Under the pieces are notes generated by a model. That model was not told the origin of the DNA. It made no database searches and worked only from the letters and a program-made list of their open reading frames with translations. The translations under genes and the position numbers were made by a program. This document shows, in pieces, positions 11,301-20,818 of a stretch of DNA of 64,000 nucleotides (the stretch's first letter is position 1; each line of letters starts with the position of its first letter). The stretch is taken from contig CM082577.2 of the NCBI GenBank assembly GCA_040954595.2, positions 18,698,303-18,762,302 on the forward strand, read 5' to 3'. The stretch is from Balanoglossus misakiensis (Eukaryota; Animalia; Hemichordata).

Positions 11301-12817
11301 TAATTTACTCTTATGCGTGCCTTCTTTGCTTCCCGCAAATCAGGATTTTGTTCATATTTAACCCTGGACTGTGTCTTTTTGGCGTCCCGATAGTCGGCAT
11401 TTTGTTCATATAAATCTTTCATTTTTTGTTTCTTACTTTCTCGGATCTGATGATAATGCTGTCTACTTTTTAACTTCTTTGTCTCTCTATATTGAGAATT
11501 ACTGTGGTACAATTCTGATTCAGATATTGCCCTGCAGCTCTTTGCAGTGGTCTCATTACATTCATATTTTTGTTTTCTGATTTTCTTTCGTAATCGTTCA
11601 CTCATTGCTGGTCTCTTACCTCTTCCTTTTGTAACACTTTCAGTTTCATCACTTACGTGGAAATTTCCTTTCTTGTCCAATGGACTCTTTAGTGGAACAC
11701 AACTGCCACTATCTGCCTCATTGTGGAATTCATTAGTCATACCTTCACTTGAGACAAGTTCATCACATTCAATGTGTGTAGAGTCAGATGTTACCATCTC
11801 ACGTGTCTTTACACTCTTGACAATTTCAAAATGATCTCTGTTGCGATGGTTCAGGTATATACCTACACCTTTATCAACATTACTTTTATTAATTGCATTA
11901 CAATAATGTATTAGCCATGTTCCAGAACTATACACATAGATGTTAGTTTGTAAGAGATCGGCAGCGGCCAAGATCTCATTTTCGGAACCCCAGATTGTTA
12001 GGCAATTCATTCTAGACTTTGCAATATAATCAGCAACTGATGTATATCCTTGGTCTTGGTCCAGCCAACCAAAATATGCACTGTCATTTGCAATCATGTG
12101 GTTTACAATGGCCTTTCGCATTACAGCATGGTTACGTTCACTGCCACTAATGGCATACGACAAAGCTCTAAACAAACAATTACCATCACCGATAATAGAC
12201 TTCATATTGCATGGTTCACCAATTTCAACACTACGAATTTCATCGAGCATTTCAACTTTATTTCCATATTTTATGTGAAGCTTACAGCATAACTCTTGGC
12301 ATATGGTGGTGGTTACAGGAGAGAAAACAAATTCATTCGGGGTAACATTCTGAATAATACATTCATTGTCATTTCTCTTGTGTGCAATATCAACTGCTTT
12401 CTCAATCTGTAAATTTCCATTAACACAAGTGACAATGTCACCATTTGCAGGTACCCTAGAATCATTGGTTCCCCGAAGGGAAGTTTCAAAGTTTTCACCC
12501 TTCGAACACCGAAGGTTTGAACCCCGAAGGGAAGTTTCACAGTTTTGATCCTTCGAACACCGAAGGCTGGCACCCCGAAGGGTATTGTCGCTGAGATTAT
12601 AGAGGGCAGCATCCTCTTTGATTACGTCGCTGTTTTTTGAGAGGGCAGCATCCTCTGTCATATCGAAGCTGTTTTTTGAGAGGGCAGCATCCTCTGTTAT
12701 ATCGAAGCTGTTTTTTGAGAGGGCAGCATCCTCTGTCATATCGAAGCTGTTTTTTGAGAGGGCAGCATCCTCTTTCATCTGACTCCTCTTCTTCCTCCAG
12801 TTCCTAGAGCGTGGCAT
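5372..12817 (-). CDS. Helentron RepHel transposase: OTU cysteine protease, Cys/His Zn-binding region, HUH Y2 Rep, PIF1-family SF1B helicase, C-terminal AP endonuclease (EEP)
   Basis: 2481-aa uninterrupted ORF. OTU: GDGNCLFRALS...WG...DHF. Rep: PTWFCSFSAAD, VEFQQRGSPHTH, YIVSYISK. Helicase: GGAGTGKS, IIDEISMV, GDFYQLPPV, EIMRQ, QFPLKLAWACTVHKVQG, GQAYVALSRV. EN: HNVEGL, LTETWL, IYRP, GDFN, IDHVY. Confidence 0.96.
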   Translation of the reverse strand: MPRSRNWRKKRSQMKEDAALSKNSFDMTEDAALSKNSFDITEDAALSKNSFDMTEDAALSKNSDVIKEDAALYNLSDNTLRGASLRCSKDQNCETSLRGSNLRCSKGENFETSLRGTNDSRVPANGDIVTCVNGNLQIEKAVDIAHKRNDNECIIQNVTPNEFVFSPVTTTICQELCCKLHIKYGNKVEMLDEIRSVEIGEPCNMKSIIGDGNCLFRALSYAISGSERNHAVMRKAIVNHMIANDSAYFGWLDQDQGYTSVADYIAKSRMNCLTIWGSENEILAAADLLQTNIYVYSSGTWLIHYCNAINKSNVDKGVGIYLNHRNRDHFEIVKSVKTREMVTSDSTHIECDELVSSEGMTNEFHNEADSGSCVPLKSPLDKKGNFHVSDETESVTKGRGKRPAMSERLRKKIRKQKYECNETTAKSCRAISESELYHSNSQYRETKKLKSRQHYHQIRESKKQKMKDLYEQNADYRDAKKTQSRVKYEQNPDLREAKKARIRVNYEQNPDFREAQKARIRVNYEQNPDFREAQKARIRVNYEQNPDFREAQKARIRVNYEQNPDFREAQKARIRVNYEQNPDFREAQKARIRVNYEQNPDFREAQKARIRVNYEQNPDFREAQKACVRVKYEQNTDFREAHKAQMSQQVSQKYHQDVNFRESKKTQSIQRYENDPHYKDNALKRSRCQMIQNDIDKQNVQHVIANFRNTASEGPNCVCSVCHRRLFRKQVIVCNKDKYYSNRITSDIAVKCISEEYVHKCASTCMADCPLKNNAASKLWICFTCHRKLLRGEMPVQAVANNLHVTSVPPELKCLNSLEQHLIALNIPFMKMLALPKGGQNGVHGPVVCVPSDIKKATNILPRNEFDDQMIRVKLKRKLSYKGYYEYQFVNKRHIQNALEYLQTNNQYYSDITFNMNWKNTLEKTEEVISDAESKSEKSNTKSNDENNEKTKGNVSDTESNDVSSDTEDNNVSNKDTNGILMDTCLQPIDIGQDILDYHFEDISCVAPAEGNKPVCLLMEKLNEAKCFPVLFPTGSPTFHDDREVRITIGRYLQGRVMNASNRFSKSTDYIFYAQYLSEINQVVSNVSIALRKGTANACGKKVTSDVLSDSESLKQILKSDEGYKFLKPIRGTPPYWQATQKDLFAMIRQLGIPTWFCSFSAADLRWKEVIETILRGEGDVRNAEDLEWSEKCAILRRNPVTAARMFDHRFHCFLREVIMSPANPIGNIKDYFYRVEFQQRGSPHTHCLFWVENAPKVDRDTDEDVVDFVDRYVTCQMPSVEEDEELQEIVNKVQKHSSRHSKSCKKKGTRCRFNFPRPPSKKTFICRPDIDIEMTGEGEKSNLDDDNATLEEKCQSDTTQLIENVMSQMAARNILEKVWTCLHDKEKQIDSVDALFNEVSISQEMFEKAHAILARKTSVVLKREPNDVWVNQYNANLLRCWDANMDIQFVVDAYACVVYIVSYISKAEREMGLLLENAQREANKEGNVDAKSALKQLGSVYLHNREVSAQEAVYRLCGLKLKQSSRKVQFIPTGETPIKMSLPLSVIRSKMTGDDMNEDDIWYNSIVDRYKNRPNDDEFDDMCLATFCSEYRIVSKSEVTNTTTEKRANPIVKLENGAGYMQKRSRTDPAVIRYARFSVTKFPEKYYRTMLELFLPHWVDSQLKPNGFETYENFYSAGAVKCGSASIQTVKVIVDANKAMFEKEADAVDLAEELLEGSGPLEDAWAQICPESEIDRLECIDERQQLPDDDVNEEDIPDLVHKPKGDCHIEISTSEVRRADVQAMCRSLNRKQAEVFYNVRQWCLDKSNGKNPEPLYLFVSGGAGTGKSHLIKTIYHEAKRILSRVMANPDEKSIQVTASTGVAAFNVGGETLHHAFSIAVDSKLPYEPLREEKLNTLRSKLGNLQILIIDEISMVDRKLFHYVHGRLRQIKQTPSGSPFGNVCVIAVGDFYQLPPVKASPLCVENDAINMWNNFKIVELTEIMRQKDCAFAEALNRVRIHKKGHTLSANDLEMFNNRVTGEASEAIHIFATNAEVNNCNITMLHSLCSDPVCIEAQDFSKNTKTGKLQRKEGHHAKVYRTTLPKTLTLAKGARVQLTQNIDVSDGLVNGVFGSVCHIDVKPNESFPTAVYVVFDNVKVGQGLRNKNRVNISDLPENTTRIEPQEMSVASNGGIRRQFPLKLAWACTVHKVQGLTVEKAVVSLKKIFAPGQAYVALSRVTSLDGLIIDEFKTSSIYCNEKVQAALEMMPKFVDGCFEQLQPNYRCSFILHNVEGLLNHMEDIRSGKEYLESDFICLTETWLTENQTKCDVIVNGFEFSHKPRSKSYNNFDMNSSQLQLQHHGGVGLYVKGSQSVEILDLPVSNLEYLTFYVKDINTVVAVIYRPSSYKAVAFRKNLLLLVKEMSKYSGATVIMGDFNENILTSSSLVKLMQDHGFKQHVSKPTTEAGTLIDHVYVKGAGKVEVGIVPKYFSFHEAISIKIY
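10890..11410 (-). repeat. In-frame 54-bp tandem repeat (18 aa, YEQNPDFREAQKARIRVN), about 9 copies
   Basis: Unit TGTGCTTCCCGAAAATCAGGATTTTGTTC(A/G)TAATTTACTCTTATGCGTGCCTTC repeated. Confidence 0.95.
12465..12775 (-). repeat. In-frame N-terminal repeats: 39-bp unit (EDAALSKNSFDMT, ~4.5 copies) and 51-bp unit (SLRGSNLRCSKGENFET, ~2.3 copies)
   Basis: Visible in both DNA and translation. Confidence 0.9.
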
Positions 12818-12840
12818 CTGAAATCAATAAATACATAACT
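12818..12840 (-). other. Probable splice acceptor immediately before the RepHel ATG
   Basis: Minus strand reads TATGTATTTATTGATTTCAG|ATGCCACGC. Confidence 0.55.
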
Positions 12841-13754
12841 GTTAACATTTTAATGTCCGGGACTATTGTACAGACCAGAATGCCAGAATAAAATGTGGTG
12901 ATAGCTTCACTGTAGAGGTATAGGCCTATGGGTAGGTCAAGGTCACGGATAAACCTGTTGACATGGTCCACAACCTTCAAATTTGGCATGTGGGATCCTG
13001 ACCATATACCGGTAAATGTAGTGTACAAGGACTGTCAACAGATTTTTTATTCCACATTTTAATATAAATAAGGTCCATATGAAAATTCCAATCAAAGCTG
13101 ACAATTACAGTGAGTAATTAAAAATTCAAGAGTGTTATGCATGAAATTACATAGGCCCACATAATTGTGCCAAGTTTGAGATTCATAGATTCAGCCGATC
13201 ACACTTTCTTCTCATTTACCTTTTTGAAATATTTGTTTGCAATCTGGGTAAGACAAGTAGACATTTCTGTAGAAACTATTCCAACATATGTTGACTTCAT
13301 GCACATAGAATAAAGTCAAAGTTGTAAGACAGCATGTGCCATTGTCAAACAAAACTATAGACATTTTTTTCACACAGGACGTGATTAAAGAAATTTAGCT
13401 CAGCAAAAATTTCCCACTCAAATTATGGCATTTGTTGTATTTACACATAGTGACTGTACATTTCAAGGCAATTGGACACTTGGATACTAAGAGGGTTTAA
13501 TTATATACCCAAATTTCACAATTTCCAAAAACTATACTAAGGCCAAACATGCATATAAAATTTAAACACATTTGCACTAGTTATTTAACAGAACACTTGT
13601 GTTGACACATGACAGACAACCTATGAACAATTGTCTTATCTGATAAGCTCTGTGTCAGAGCAGAGTTATGACAAGTAACCTGCAATGAATCACATGCAGA
13701 ACTGTACTGCAGTGCATTATGCTGAAGGTCTCTTCACATGGCAGACACACTTAC

Positions 13755-13784
13755 CTCAAGTGGGATATCTTTGGTTATACAAAA
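13755..13784 (-). other. Candidate 30-nt upstream exon of the RepHel transcript
   Basis: Minus strand: GCTTTCTTGCAG| exon ending GAG |GTAAGT. Confidence 0.4.
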
Positions 13785-14079
13785 CTGCAAGAAAGCAAAT
13801 AATATAAATTATCATTACTGGTTATAGGTGTACATGTTTGCCACTGAATCCAACAGAATACATGCATATTATTTCTGCATAAAATCCAGTTCATCTATTT
13901 CCATCAGGCATTTCCTCTTTATCTTCACTAAACATAACAGACTACAGTATATGCGCCAATACAATCAAAGCAAACACATACAACCACATACAAAAAGATA
14001 AAAGACAGTGCCAGATATAACATCATAAAGGAGTCATTGAAATTACCACCCTTATAACATGAGAATCTTTACAGTATAA

Positions 14080-14805
14080 GGGACCGTTCAGTTTTTACGG
14101 CCAGGGGGGGGGGGCAAGTTTGTGTCATCGATTTTCAAAATCAGGCCGACCCCCCCTTCACCAAGGACCAAAAAATGATGACCCCCCCTTTGACAGACCC
14201 AAAAATATGATGACCCCCCCCCCCCCATGCCGAAAACATGAACCTATGTACACTGTATGCAATAAATGGAATGAGGCTCCTCTCGCCTCAATTAGACATT
14301 AAATTAAATGAACAAACTAAAATGACAATCCAATACAATAGTTGGTAGAATTGGTAAAAAAAGAAAAGTGGCGGGGGTGTCCCCCTCCCACATAAGAAAA
14401 TTTGGTAAAATACAGTGCTCAAAGTTGCATTTTAATGAACTCAAAAGCAAATTAACTTAATGTTAGGGAGGACAAATTTTAATTTTGCCACTCCACTCAA
14501 AAGAAGCATCGGGGTAGGGTGGGAAGAAGTCTGCCCTGTACACTAGACAAACCAGCGAATAAATGCAATGTGGGGGAGAATGGAGGGGGTTGGTGTCCCC
14601 CTCCCACATTAGAAAATTTTGTAAAATAAAGGGCGTGAAACTGTAATTTTGTGTACTCAAAAGCAAAAGTTCGGTGGCAAAAGTATGTGACCCCCCTAAA
14701 CATTTAAAAAAACAGATGACCCCCCCCCCCTCTTGGACTTAAGTCACCCCCCTGGATTTTGATCCCCCCCCCCCCACCCCCCGGCCGTAAAAACTGAACG
14801 GTCCC
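14080..14805. mobile_element. Non-autonomous TIR element with TAA TSD (Zator- or PIF/Harbinger-like) nested in the Helentron
   Basis: TIR GGGACCGTTCAGTTTTTACGGCC...GGCCGTAAAAACTGAACGGTCCC; TAA at 14077-14079 and 14806-14808. Confidence 0.85.
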
Positions 14806-15684
14806 TAAGTGATCCCATTCCCCATCGTCACACTTTACATTCAAACACCTTTACAAAGACTGAATACTGCATATCAAAATACATGTAAGTACATTGTTTT
14901 CTGCATACACAATAGAACCATGCATAGTGACACAAAAATCATTCAGTGTACATATACAACACAGCCAATCCAGAACGGCTGACAGTGCACACCCAGACAT
15001 AAACAAAGGGTACATGTAGTACTAATACCTAGCCACACACACCCACTTTGATAAACTTGCACACAGACAGGAGTTCCAGACATACATGAATCAACAAAGA
15101 CATGCAGACAAAGATTCAGAAAAAGATGCAAACACATGATACATAGACATACCTACACACACGCATCCACACTCTGATGAACTAGCACACAGACGGACAG
15201 GCATCAAAGAGGTGCAAAGGTCCAAACACACGCAATCACATGGTGCAATTATATACACTGTGCACAGGCTGTATATACCAACATTCACATATGTGCCACA
15301 CACTCAACTAAACTGGCACACGAACAGACATGAAACCAAGCAAAAATTAATCCTCACGTAACAGTTGCTTCTTTTGATATAGCAAAAATTTCATGTCATG
15401 CCAATGACCTGTTTTACAATATGTCATGAACACTTCACCCTGGTGACTTTGTTGTGGTTCATTCTACTTGTGCAGCATTGTAGTCTAAATGCAACATAAG
15501 AATACCCAGCAATACTATTTGCAATCTATGCATATACCTCTAATAGACTATAGAAATGAATTATTCAATTCACAGCTAAAACTACAATTCGTTGCTTCTT
15601 GAACATATTCCCAAGGTTTAATATAACTGCAATTTCTTCCTCAATGACACTAATATGAAATGTACAAAACTGAGAATGTGTTTA

Positions 15685-15779
15685 TTAGCTGCAATGATTG
15701 TAGCGGGTGCTGCTAGGTTGACTGGTGTGTTCGCAGCATCAGTCAACCTAGCAGCACCCGCTACAATCATTGCAGCTAA
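15685..15779. repeat. Perfect 40-bp inverted repeat with 15-nt loop (fold-back MITE-like)
   Basis: TTAGCTGCAATGATTGTAGCGGGTGCTGCTAGGTTGACTG and its exact reverse complement at 15740-15779. Confidence 0.92.
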
Positions 15780-15889
15780 GGATTTCCCTTCGATTACATA
15801 GCGAACCATTTGCACAGATACTTACAGTTTTGCTGGGTTCTGTAATGTATTATTTCATCCAAAAAGCTGCACGTTTCAAGAAAGAACCA

Positions 15890-16300
15890 AAACAAACTCA
15901 CCTGCAGACCGCATGTGGTGGTCGCGATTCTATTTTTACCCTAAGTCCCTAACCCTACTTTTTAGGCAGCTGTGTCAGCGATCGAAAAGAATCGTCAATA
16001 ATTTCACACAATCGAATTAAACTTCGATGATGGCCATCAAGTACTCATAACCCAACATCTTCCCGCACAGTGTCATATATCTTTCGTGCCTTGAAACATC
16101 GGGATCGCTTATCTAAAACTAATTTTCGAAAGACGGGCTTTACAAAATAATACTCACCAGTAGTTCAGTATAGAGTGTGGCTGTAATTGGTATAGCGCCC
16201 CCAAACATTGGTATTCTGCCTTTCTTTTGTACGTCACTTCCGCCCAAGACGTTCAAATAAACGAGTTCGTTGTTACACTTGCGATGACTGTTATGTTTCA
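15890..16300 (-). promoter_or_regulatory. Candidate promoter / first-exon region of RepHel
   Basis: Locally CpG-richer; GTACGTCACTTCCGCCC (CRE/ETS/GC-box-like); minus-strand splice donors GTGAGT at ~16152-16157 and ~15896-15901. Confidence 0.35.
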
Positions 16301-17495
16301 ATCAACATATAATTAATTTCCCCATCGTTATCATTGCTCATTTATTATATTTTGGTGCAAACATCTAATGATAAGATCAACGTGAATGAAAATCTCTTCT
16401 CTCCATTCTTCCGTTGGTGGCGCTGAGCGGTATAGGAGCCTATATATACAGTGGGTGGGCAAATTGGCAGTTCATGGACTTTGCACTATGTATGTGGCAC
16501 TGAAACTTATTTTGGATGAACCTGACCTTATTGAATTCCAATTATTATGATCATCCCTTATTTTATGATTAAGCTACCAAAAAGGTCTGCTTTTATGATG
16601 TTCATTTCATTTATTTGAATCAGGTAAGGTTATAGAAAAATATACATGACACAGATACATGTATGCACCGTCCAAAAGGTTTTCAATACAGAAATGAGTT
16701 TAAAATATTTCTCCAGTGTATGCACTGTAGTGAATTTATATATGTACAGGCATAAACATTCAGCCTTCTGAAACAATTGTTATTGGGCACGGAAATTGTT
16801 GTTAGTACCTGTAAAGATAGACCACAGCTGGAAGCAGTATAAATTTCTGCAAAATGACTGAAATAGTCTCGTATTCACCTGGGTAGAACAGTGAACAACT
16901 ATTCTTGAAAGAAAGTTGTCACAAATACATATTTAACGCATTTGTCACTTAATGTCATCATCATCAACAAAAGAGCTAATAATAAAAACACCAAAATAGT
17001 TGTACGAGTGAACGAGCGAAAGTTCATACCACTAATGGATGTCAAGCATATTTAAACGTTTATGAACACATGCAGGCACAATTTAATTTGGTATTTGAAT
17101 AGCCTGAATAGGTATAGAAGCAAACTTTGCACTCCAATTTTCACATTGTTTCAGCGCTTTTTTAATTATATGCACATGTCTAATATACTACACCAACAAA
17201 TGCAGGTATATGTTTGATTATTGTGGACATGGGTACCAGAACAGATAAAGCCCTGGCATTTGGGGAATTTGAGCACATAATGGAGTCTTACACAATACCT
17301 CATTAATTATGCACATATTTCATTCCAAGCTAACCACAAGCTAGAGGTTGGGTTTTTGGTGGACATGGACCTGTACAGTGTCAAACTGTTTTCCCCAAAT
17401 TTGGGGTGACCTCAGGTGACCTTTGACCTACTTTCCCCATATCTTGGCATCCACAGCAGATACAGCCTTGGCATTTGCTGGTTACCATGGGAACC

Positions 17496-17530
17496 GCTTG
17501 TGCCCCGCCAACGCTGCTTGCAGCTTTAAT
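17496..17530 (+). repeat. 3' terminus: subterminal IR + GCTGCTTGCAGC palindrome + TTTAAT
   Basis: Complementary to the 5' hairpin arm GGGGCACAAGC; the palindrome is shared by all elements in the window. Confidence 0.9.
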
Positions 17531-19948
17531 TATTATTATTCTTCTTCTTCCGAGAAATTCGGCCAGGTAGATCTGGAAAACCGCAGCACCTAGGGGGCTG
17601 AAACTTGGTAGGGTGATAGGGGCCAATGAGTAGACGTGCAGTGGCTCGTGAATATTTAATTAGTCACGTGACCTGGCGGCCATATTGGATTTCCTGAAAA
17701 TCGTTAAACGAGTCCTTCTCAAAAACTACTGGGCCGATCGAGTTCAAATTTGGTGTGCAGGTAGCCTACCTTCTGTCCATCATTTTACCCCATTGAAATC
17801 GTGACGTCACACATAAAGTTTTTTTGCTACAATTGTTTTTCTGAAAAAGTACTTAAAACTTTAAAAATCTTCTTCTCCAGAACCAGCGATTGCCGAGTCA
17901 CGGGATTTGGGGCATGTGGTCACCTAACCTATGTCTATCAAGTTTGCGAAGCGCACTGTGATTGGTCGATCATTATGGCGGCCATGTTGGATTTTCGGAA
18001 AACCATTGAAAAATATAAATTCCTTTTTGTAGCCAAAATATTGACAGCACGGAAATTCTTTTTTTGGATATGAGTCATCATATGACCGGAAGTTGTCACA
18101 ATTTTTCGGGGCAATTTTCACATGACCTTTGACCCAGTTTTAAAACAACTAATTATATATGCATATTCCCCATACCTCCTCTTGTAAAAGCACCACAGTC
18201 ATGAATTTTGTGGACATGGGTACCAATGCTGCCAGGACATGACACAAATATTTTGGTAATTTTGGCAATGACCTTTGACCTATTTCTGAAACATCATTTT
18301 TCTGCATATCTAATTCCATGCTACCCAATAGGGCTAGAGGTCTGGTATTGGTTGGACATGGCCCAGTCTGGGGTCAAAATTTTATGCCCTAATTTTGGGT
18401 GACCTTGGGTGACCTTTGATCTACTTTCCCATATCTCAGCCTCCAGAGCAGTTAGAGCCCTGGCTTTTATGGGTATTGAGCACATAATGGAGTCTTACAC
18501 AAGACCTCATTAATTATGTGCATACCTAATTGCAGGCGAACCAATAGGGCTAGGGGTCTGGTTTTTTGTTGGATCTAGACTAGTATGGGGTCCAATTTTT
18601 TTGCCCAAATTTGGGGTGACCTCAGGTGACCTTTGACCTACTTTCCCATATCTTGGTATCCCCAGCAGATACAGCCGTGGCATTTGCTGGTCACCATGGG
18701 AACCGCTTGTGCCCCGCCAACGCTGCTTGCAGCTTTAATTATTATTATTCTTCTTCTTCCGAGAAATTCGGCCAGGTAGATCTGGAAAACCGCAGCACCT
18801 AGGGGGCTGAAACTTTGTAGGGTGATAGGGGCCAATGAGTAGACGTGCAGTGGCCCGTGAATATTTAATTAGTCATGTGACCTGGCGGCCATATTGGATT
18901 TCCTGAAAACCGTTAAATGAGTGTTTCTCAAAAACTACAGGGCCGATCGAGTTCAAATTTGGTGTGCAGGTAGCCTACCTTCTTTCCATCATTTTACCCC
19001 ATTGAAATCATGACGTCATACATAAAGTTTTTTTGCTACAATTGTTTTTCTGAAAAACTACTTAAAACTTTAAAAATCTTCTTCTCCAGAACCAGCGGTT
19101 ACCGAGTCTCGGGATTTGGGATATGTGGTCACCTTACCTATGTCTATCAAGTTTGCGAAGCGCACTGTGATTGGTCGATCATTATGGCGGCCATGTTGGA
19201 TTTTCGGAAAACCATTGAAAAATGAAAATACTGTTTTGTAGCCAAAATTTTGACAGCACGGAAATTCTTTTTTTGGATATGAGTCATCATATGACCGGAA
19301 GTTGTCACAATTTTTCGGGGCAATTTTCACATGACCTTTGACCCAGTTTTAAAACAACTAATTATATATGCATATTTCCCATACCTCCTCTTGTAAAAGC
19401 ACCACAGTCATGAATTTTGTGGACATGGGTACCAATGCTGCCAGGACATAACACAAATATTTTGGTAATTTTGGCAATGACCTTTGACCTATTTCTGAAA
19501 CATCATTTTTCTGCATATCTAATTCCATGCTACCCAATAGGGCTAGAGGTCTGGTATTGGTTGGACATGGCCCAGTCTGGGGTCAAAATTTTATGCCCTA
19601 ATTTTGGGTGACCTTGGGTGACCATTGATCTACTTTCCCATATCTCAGCATCCAGAGCAGTTAGAGCCCTGGCTTTTATGGGTATTGAGCACATAATGGA
19701 GTCTTACACAAGACCTCATTAATTATGTGCATACCTAATTGCAGGCGAACCAATAGGGCTAGGGGTCTGGTTTTTTGTTGGATCTAGACTAGTATGGGGT
19801 CCAATTTTTTTGCCCAAATTTGGGGTGACCTCAGGTGACCTTTGACCTACTTTCCCATATCTTGGTATCCCCAGCAGATACAGCCGTGGCATTTGCTGGT
19901 CACCATGGGAACTGCTTGTGCCCCCCCAACGCTGCTTGCAGCTTTAAT
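17531..19948 (+). mobile_element. Two headless ~1.21-kb subfamily P bodies (internal-deletion relatives of the autonomous element)
   Basis: Near-identical to ~200-1250 joined to ~17390-17530; end with GCTTGTGCCCC. Confidence 0.88.
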
Positions 19949-20817
19949 TTATACCTTTACTTATACCTCCATAGTTAAGCTATGTCCACGTCTTATTGTG
20001 GAATTCTGGTCTGTGCAATAGTCCTGTACAGTGACTGTCTATTGGTCAGTGAGTACAATGGCACCAAAATAAAAGGCAACATTTTTGGTTCACCTGTAAC
20101 ACCTGCTTAACTCATTAATTATGTGCATACCTAATTCTGGGTTAACTAAGAGGGCTATAGGTTTTGTTCTTGTGGGACATGGACCAGTATAGGGTCAAAA
20201 TTTCTTGCCCAAATTTTGGGTGACCTCAGGTGACCTTTGACCTACTTTCCTATATTTCGGCATCTAGAGCAGGTACAGACTTGGCGTTTGGAGGTTTGGG
20301 ACTAAAATTGAAAAGCCAAAATGGGGGTCACCTGTGACACCTGCATATCTCATTAATTATGTGCATACCTAATTCCAAGCTAACCAATAGGGCTATAGGT
20401 TTTGTTTTTGTTGAACATGGACCAGTATAGGGTCAAAATTTCTAGCCCAAATTTTGGGTGACCTCAGGTGACCTTTGACCTATTTTCCTATATTTCGGCA
20501 TCTAGAGCAGGTACAGACTTGGCGTTTGGAGGGTTGGGACTAAAATTGAAAAGCCAAAATTGGGGGTCACCTGTGACACCTGCCTACCTCATTAATTATG
20601 TGCATACCTAATTCCAAGCTAACCAATAGGGCTATAGGTTTGGTTTTTGTTGAACATGGACCAGTACAGGGTCAAAATTTCTAGCCCAAATTTTGCATGA
20701 CCTCAGGTGACCTTTGACCTACTTTACCGTATCTTGGCATCCAGAGAAGATATGCTTATTGCTATTTTGCTATGTGCTATGTTGGCTTGGGCCCGCTATT
20801 GCTGCTTGCAGCTATAT
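19949..20817 (+). mobile_element. 3' half of a subfamily R element interrupted internally
   Basis: Starts TTATACCTTTACTTATACC, which is internal in intact R copies (~59860, ~61250); ends GGCTTGGGCCCGCTATTGCTGCTTGCAGC. Confidence 0.85.
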
Positions 20818-20818
20818 T

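Larger units (their letters stand above)
132..17530 (+). mobile_element. Autonomous Helitron2/Helentron (HLE2), ~17.4 kb; terminal signals on + strand, RepHel ORF on - strand
   Basis: 5' hairpin TAGGGGCACAAGCC-tatcg-GGCTTGTGCCCCTA (132-164); matching 3' subterminal IR GCTTGTGCCCC (17496-17506); palindrome GCTGCTTGCAGC (17513-17524); T-rich flanks with no TSD; contains RepHel ORF. Confidence 0.9.

Noticed and set aside
10771-11413. Plus-strand ORFs of 196 and 187 aa
   Set aside because: Antisense shadows of the 54-bp repeat in RepHel.
14940-15330. Cys/Val-rich minus-strand ORFs
   Set aside because: CA-rich low-complexity sequence.
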